64,000 bases of DNA, taken from positions 49,042,001 to 49,106,000 of the forward strand of contig OZ024741.1 of NCBI GenBank assembly GCA_964016885.1, written 5' to 3'. Made by a program: the position numbers and the translations under genes. Source of the DNA: Eledone cirrhosa. Taxonomy: Eukaryota. The notes under the pieces are model-generated. The model made no database searches. It saw only the letters and a list, made by a program, of their open reading frames with translations, and had not been told where the DNA came from. This document shows, in pieces, positions 58,171-64,000 of this stretch (within the stretch, counting starts at the first letter, position 1; every line of letters begins with the position of its first letter).

Positions 58171-61100
58171 TATTACCATGATAATGGGGAGTTACTATAC
58201 CAGTAGAAACTAGTCTATACTAGATCTATTACTGTGATAATGTGGAGTTACTATACCAGTAGAAACTAGTTTATACTAGATCTATTACTGTGATAATGTG
58301 GAGTTACACTACCAGTAGTAACTAGTCTATACTAGATCTATTACTGTGATAATGGGGAGTTACTATACCAGTAGTAACTAGTCTATACTAGATCTATTAC
58401 TGTGATAATGTGGAGTTACTATACCAGTAGTAACTAGTCTATACTAGATCTATTACTGTGATGATGAGGAGTAACTATACCAGTAGTAACTAGTCTATAC
58501 TAGATCTATTACTGTGATAATGTGGAGTTACTGTACCAGTAGTAACTAGTCTATATTAGATCTACGACTGTGATAATGAGGAGTTACTATACCAGTAGTA
58601 ACTAGTCTATACTAGATCTATTACTGTGATAATGAAGAGTTACTATACCAGTAGTAACTAGTCTATACTAGATCTATTACTGTGATAATGTGGAGTCACT
58701 ATACCAGTAGTAACTAGTCTATACTAGATCTATTACTGTGATAATGAAGAGTTACTATACCAGTAGTAACTAGTCTATACTAGATCTATTACTGTGATAA
58801 TGTGGAGTTACTATACCAGTAGTAACTAGTCTATACCAGATCTATTACTGTGATAATGTGGAGTTACAGTACCAATAGTAACTAGTCTATACTAGATCTA
58901 TTACTGTGATAATGGGGAGTTACTATACCAGTAGTAACTAGTCTATACTAGATCTATTACTGTGATAATGTGGAGTTACTATACCAGTAGTAACTAGTCT
59001 ATTCTAGATCTATTACTGTGATAATGGGGTGTTACTATACCAGTAGTAACTAGTCTATACTGGATCTATTACTGTGTTAATGTGGAGTTACTATACCAGT
59101 AGTAACTAGTCTATACTAGATCTATTACTTTGATAATGGGTAGTTACTATACCAGTAGTAACTAGTCTATACTAGATCTATTACTGTGAGAATGGGGTGT
59201 TACTATACCAGTAGTAACTAGTCTATACTAGATCTATTACTGTGATAATGGGGAGTTACTATACCAGTAGAAATTAGTCTATAATAGATCTATTACCGTC
59301 ATAATGGGGAGTTATTATACCAGTAGTAACTAGTCTATACTAGACCTATTACTGTGATAATATGTAGTTAGACTACCATTAGTAACTAGTCTATACTAGA
59401 TCTATTACTGTGATAACGTGGAGTTACTATACCAGTAGAAACTAGTGTATACTAGATCTATTACTGTGATAGTGGGGAGTTACCACACCAGTAGAAACTA
59501 GTCTATAATAGATCTATTACTGTGATAATGGGGAGTTATTATACCAGTAGTAACTAGTCTATACTAGATCTATTACTGTGATAATGGGGAGTTACTATAC
59601 CAGTAGAAACTAGTCTATACTAGATCTATTACTGTGATAATGTGGAGTTACACTACCAGTAGTAACTAGTCTATACTAGATCTATTACTGTGATAATGGG
59701 GAGTTACTATACCAGTAGAAACTAGTCTATACTAGATCTATTACTGTGATAATGTGGAGTTACTATACCAGTAGAAACTAGTTTATACTAGATCTATTAC
59801 TGTGATAATGTGGAGTTACACTACCAGTAGTAACTAGTCTATACTAGATCTATTACTGTGATAATGGGGAGTTACTATACCATTAGAAACTAATCTATAC
59901 TGGATCTATTACTGTGATAATGTGGAGTTACTATACCAGTAGTAACTAGTCTATACTAGATCTATTACTGTGATAAAGGGGAGTTACTATACCAGTAGTA
60001 ACTAGTCTATACTAGATCTATTACTGCGATAATGTGGAGTTACTATACCAGTAGAAACTAGTCTATACTAGATCTATTACTGCGATAATATGGAGTTACT
60101 ATACCAGTAGTAACTAGTCTATACTAGATCTATTACTGTGATAATGTGGAGTTACTATACCAGTAGAAACTAGTTTTAACTAGATCTGTTACTGTGATAA
60201 TGTGGAGTTACTATACCAGTAGTAACTAGTCTAAACTAGATCTATTACTGTGATAATGTCGAGTTACTATACCAGTAGAAACTAGTCTATACTAGATCTA
60301 TTACTGTGATAATGTGGAGTTACTATACCAGTAGTAACTAGTCTATACTAGATCTATTACTGTGATAATGTGGAGTTACTGTACCAGTAGTAACTCGTCC
60401 ATACTAGATATATTACTGTGATAATGGGGTGTTACTATACCAGTAGTAACTAGTCTATACTAGATTTATTACTGTGATAATGTGGAGTTACTGTACCAGT
60501 AGTAACTAGTCTATACTAGATCTATTACTGTGATAATGAGGAGTTACTATACCAGTAGTAACTAGTCTATACTAGATCTATTACTGTGATAATGAAGAGT
60601 TACTATACCAGTAGTAACTAGTCTATACTAGATCTATTACTGTGATAATGTGGAGTCACTATACCAGTAGTAACTAGTCTATACTAGATCTATTACTGTG
60701 ATAATGAAGAGTTACTATACCAGTAGTAACTAGTCTATACTAGATCTATTACTGTGATAATGTGGAGTTACTATACCAGTAGTAACTAGTCTATACTAGA
60801 TCTATTACTGTGATAATGTGGAGTTACTGTACCAATAGTAACTTGTCTATACTAGATCTATTACTGTGATAATGGGGAGTTACTATACCAGTAGTAACTA
60901 GTCTATACTAGATCTATTACTGTGATAATGTGGAGTTACTATACCAGTAGTAACTAGTCTATTCTAGATCTATTACTGTGATAATGGGGTGTTACTATAC
61001 CAGTAGTAACTAGTCTATACTGGATCTATTACTGTGTTAATGGGGAGTTACTATACCAGTAGTAACTAGTCTATACTAGATCTATTGCTGTGATAATGTG

Positions 61101-61194
61101 GAGTTACTATACCAGTAGTAACTAGTCTATACTAGATCTATTACTTTGATAATGGGTAGTTACTATACCAGTAGTAACTAGTCTATACTAGATC

Positions 61195-64000
61195 TATTAC
61201 TGTGATAATGTGGAGTTACTGTACCAGTAGTAACTAGTCTATACTAGATCTACAACTGGGATAATGTGGAGTTACTATACCAGTAGTAACTAGTCTATAC
61301 TAGATCTATTACTGTGATAATGGGGTGTTACTATACCAGTAGTAACTAGTCTATACTAGGTCTATTTCTGTGATAATGAAGAGTTACTATACCAGTAGTA
61401 ACTAGTTTATATTAGATCTATTACTGTGATAATGTGGAGTTACTATACCAGTAGTAACTAGTCTATACTAGATCTATTACCGTGATAATGAAGAGTTACT
61501 ATACCAGTAGTAACTAGTCTATACTAGATCTATTACTGTGATAATGTGGAGCTACTGTACCAGTAGTAACTAGTCTATACTAGATCTACTTCTGTGATAC
61601 TGTGGAGTTACTGTACCAGTAGAAACTAGTCTATACTAGATCTACAACTGGGATAATGTGGAGTTACTATACCAGTAGTAACTAGTCTATTCTAGATCTA
61701 TTACTGTGATAATGGGGAGTTACTATATCAGTAGAAACTTGTCTATAATAGATCTATTACTGTGTTAATATTGAGTTACACTACCAGTAGTAACTAGTCT
61801 ATACTAGATCTATTTCTGTGATAATGAGGAGTTACTATACCAGTAGTAACTAGTCTATACTAGATCTATTACTGTGATAATGTGGAGTTACTATACCAGT
61901 AGTAACTACTCTATACTAGATCTATTACTGTGATAATGAGGAGTAACTATACCAGTAGTAACTAGTCTATACTAGATCTATTACTGTGATAATGTGGAGT
62001 TACTGTACCAGTAGTAACTAGTCTATATTAGATCTACGACTGTGATAATGAGGAGTTACTATACCAATAGTAACTAGTCTATACTAGATCTATTACTGTG
62101 ATAATGAAGAGTTACTATACCAGTAGTAACTAGTCTATACTAGATCTATTACTGTGATAATGGGGAGTTACTATACCAGTAGTAACTAGTCTATACTAGA
62201 TCTATTACTGTGATAATGTGGAGTTACTATACCAGTAGTAACTAGTCTATTCTAGATCTATTACTGTGATAATGGGGTGTTACTATACCAGTAGAAACTA
62301 GTCTATACTGGATCTATTACTGTGATAATGGGGAGTTACTATACCAGTAGTAACTAGTCTATACTAGATCTGTTACTGTGATAATGTGGAGTTACTATAC
62401 CAGTAGTAACTAGTCTATACTAGATCTATTACTTTGATAATGGGTAGTTACTATACCAGTAGTAACTAGTCTATACTAGATCTATTACTGTGAGAATGGG
62501 GTGTTACTATACCAGTAGAAACTAGTCCATACTAGATCTATTACTGTGATAGTGGGGAGTTACTATACCAGTAGAAACTAGTCTATAATAGATCTATTAC
62601 TGTGATAATGGGGAGTTATTATACCAGTAGTAACTAGTCTATACTAGATCTATTACTGTGATAATGGGGAGTTACTATACCAGTAGAAACTAGTCTATAC
62701 TAGATCTATTACTGTGATAATGTGGAGTTACACTACCAGTAGTAACTAGTCTATACTAGATCTACTTCTGTGATACTGTGGAGTTACTGTACCAGTAGTA
62801 ACTAGTCTATACTAGATCTACAACTGGGATAATGTGGAGTTACTATACCAGTAGTAACTAGTCTATTCTAGATCTATTACTGTGATAATGGGGAGTTACT
62901 ATACCAGTAGAAACTTGTCTATAATAGATCTATTACTGTGTTAATATTGAGTTACACTACCAGTAGTAACTAGTCTATACTAGATCTATTTCTGTGATAA
63001 TGAGGAGTTACTATACCAGTAGTAACTAGTCTATACTAGATCTATTACTGTGATAATGTGGAGTTACTATACCAGTAGTAACTAGTCTATACTAGATCTA
63101 TTACTGTGATAATGAGGAGTAACTATACCTGTAGTAACTAGTCTATACTAGATCTATTACTGTGATAATGTGGAGTTACTGTACCAGTAGTAACTAGTCT
63201 ATATTAGATCTACGACTGTGATAATGAGGAGTTACTATACCAATAGTAACTAGTCTATACTAGATCTATTACTGTGATAATGAAGAGTTACTATACCAGT
63301 AGTAACTAGTCTATAATAGATCTATTACTGTGATAATGGGGAGTTATTATACCAGTAGTAACTAGTCTATACTAGACCTATTACTGTGATAATATGGAGT
63401 TAGACTACCATTAGTAACTAGTCTATACTAGATCTATTACTGTGATAACGTGGAGTTACTATACCAGTAGAAACTAGTCTATACTAGATCTATTACTGTG
63501 ATAATGGGGAGTTACTATACCAGTAGAAACTAGTCTATAATAGATCTATTACTGTGATAATGGGGAGTTATTATACCAGTAGTAACTAGTCTATACTAGA
63601 CCTATTACTGTGATAATATGGAGTTAGACTACCATTAGTAACTAGTCTATACTAGATCTATTACTGTGATAACGTGGAGTTACTATACCAGTAGAAACTA
63701 GTCTATACTAGATCTATTACTGTGATAATGTGGAGTTACTATACCAATAGAAACTAGTTTATACTAGATCTATTACTGTGATAATGTGGAGTTACTATAC
63801 CGGTAGAAACTAGTCTATACTAGATCTATTACTGTGATAATGTGGAGTTACTATACCAGTAGAAACTAGTTTACACTAGATCTATTACTGTGATAATGTG
63901 GACTTACTATACCAGTAGTAACTAGTCTAAACTAGATCTATTACTGTGATAATGTCGAGTTACTATACCAGTAGAAACTAGTCTATACTAGATCTATTAC
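61195..64000. repeat. Dispersed copy of about 53075-56050 (offset 8,120, then 8,064, then 7,952 as monomers are lost)
   Basis: Marker pairs: 53361/61481, 53661/61725, G43C 53845/61909, ACCAATAGAA 55791/63743, CGGTAG 55849/63801. Confidence 0.82.

Larger units (their letters stand above)
1..64000. repeat. 56-bp tandem satellite array, head-to-tail, about 1,143 monomers, running off both window edges
   Basis: Monomer starts at 1, 57, 113 and so on. The 56-bp phase holds throughout once 14 single-base deletions are counted: the last start is 63995 and (63994+14)/56 = 1143. Most monomers differ from consensus at 0-4 positions by eye. Confidence 0.99.

Noticed and set aside
1-64000. CRISPR array or other repeat-spacer system (palindromic repeat plus variable segment)
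   Set aside because: There are no unique 25-45-nt spacers. The variable part is only about 5 nt drawn from a small set of point variants, and there is no leader or cas gene.
1-64000. Repetitive protein-coding ORF in the standard code
   Set aside because: The period of 56 is not a multiple of 3. The consensus has plus-strand stops at 9, 12, 34, 37, 41 and 51, covering all three frames, and minus-strand stops (TTA/CTA at 3, 22, 25, 40, 45, 50), also covering all three frames.
1-64000. Long minus-strand ORFs if TAA/TAG are reassigned (ciliate-type code), because the consensus has no minus-strand TGA
   Set aside because: All three frames would be equally open, the 55-bp monomers shift frame freely, variants show no visible codon-position pattern, and nothing indicates such a host.
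1-64000. Telomeric repeat, tRNA/5S/spliced-leader RNA array, attC cassette array or iteron array
   Set aside because: There is no telomerase-type short G-rich unit. The unit shows no cloverleaf, A/B boxes or recognisable RNA motif, and there are no intervening cassettes or rep gene.
1-64000. Order of monomer variants acting as an information-bearing code
   Set aside because: The order is adequately explained by nested duplication, deletion and conversion. Nothing in the sequence indicates a read-out mechanism.

Overview
The whole 64,000-nt window is one uninterrupted, single-orientation tandem satellite array. The monomer is 56 bp, consensus TATTACTGTGATAATGTGGAGTTACTATACCAGTAGTAACTAGTCTATACTAGATC (18/56 = 32% GC, no CpG). 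Phase-tracking by hand gives 1,143 complete monomers plus 6 nt: 1,129 of 56 bp and 14 of 55 bp, all 14 carrying the same 1-bp deletion. I found no genes, RNA genes, transposon pieces, inversions or unique sequence, and the consensus has stop codons in all six frames. The interest is structural. (i) The monomer is almost fully tiled by overlapping dyad symmetries. The most diverse variation sits in the short non-dyad stretch (positions about 16-20), and several recurrent variants perfect the dyads. (ii) Variant monomers recur in conserved order as an irregular higher-order repeat with two subtypes. (iii) This is overlaid by nested near-identical tandem duplications (1.6-5.1 kb) and dispersed duplications (offsets 8-20 kb), short conversion-like patches, and more diverged layers at the window start and at about 58-61 kb. 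It looks most like eukaryotic heterochromatic or centromere-type satellite DNA, but the organism, family and function cannot be determined from this sequence. I cannot support a new gene-based system here.
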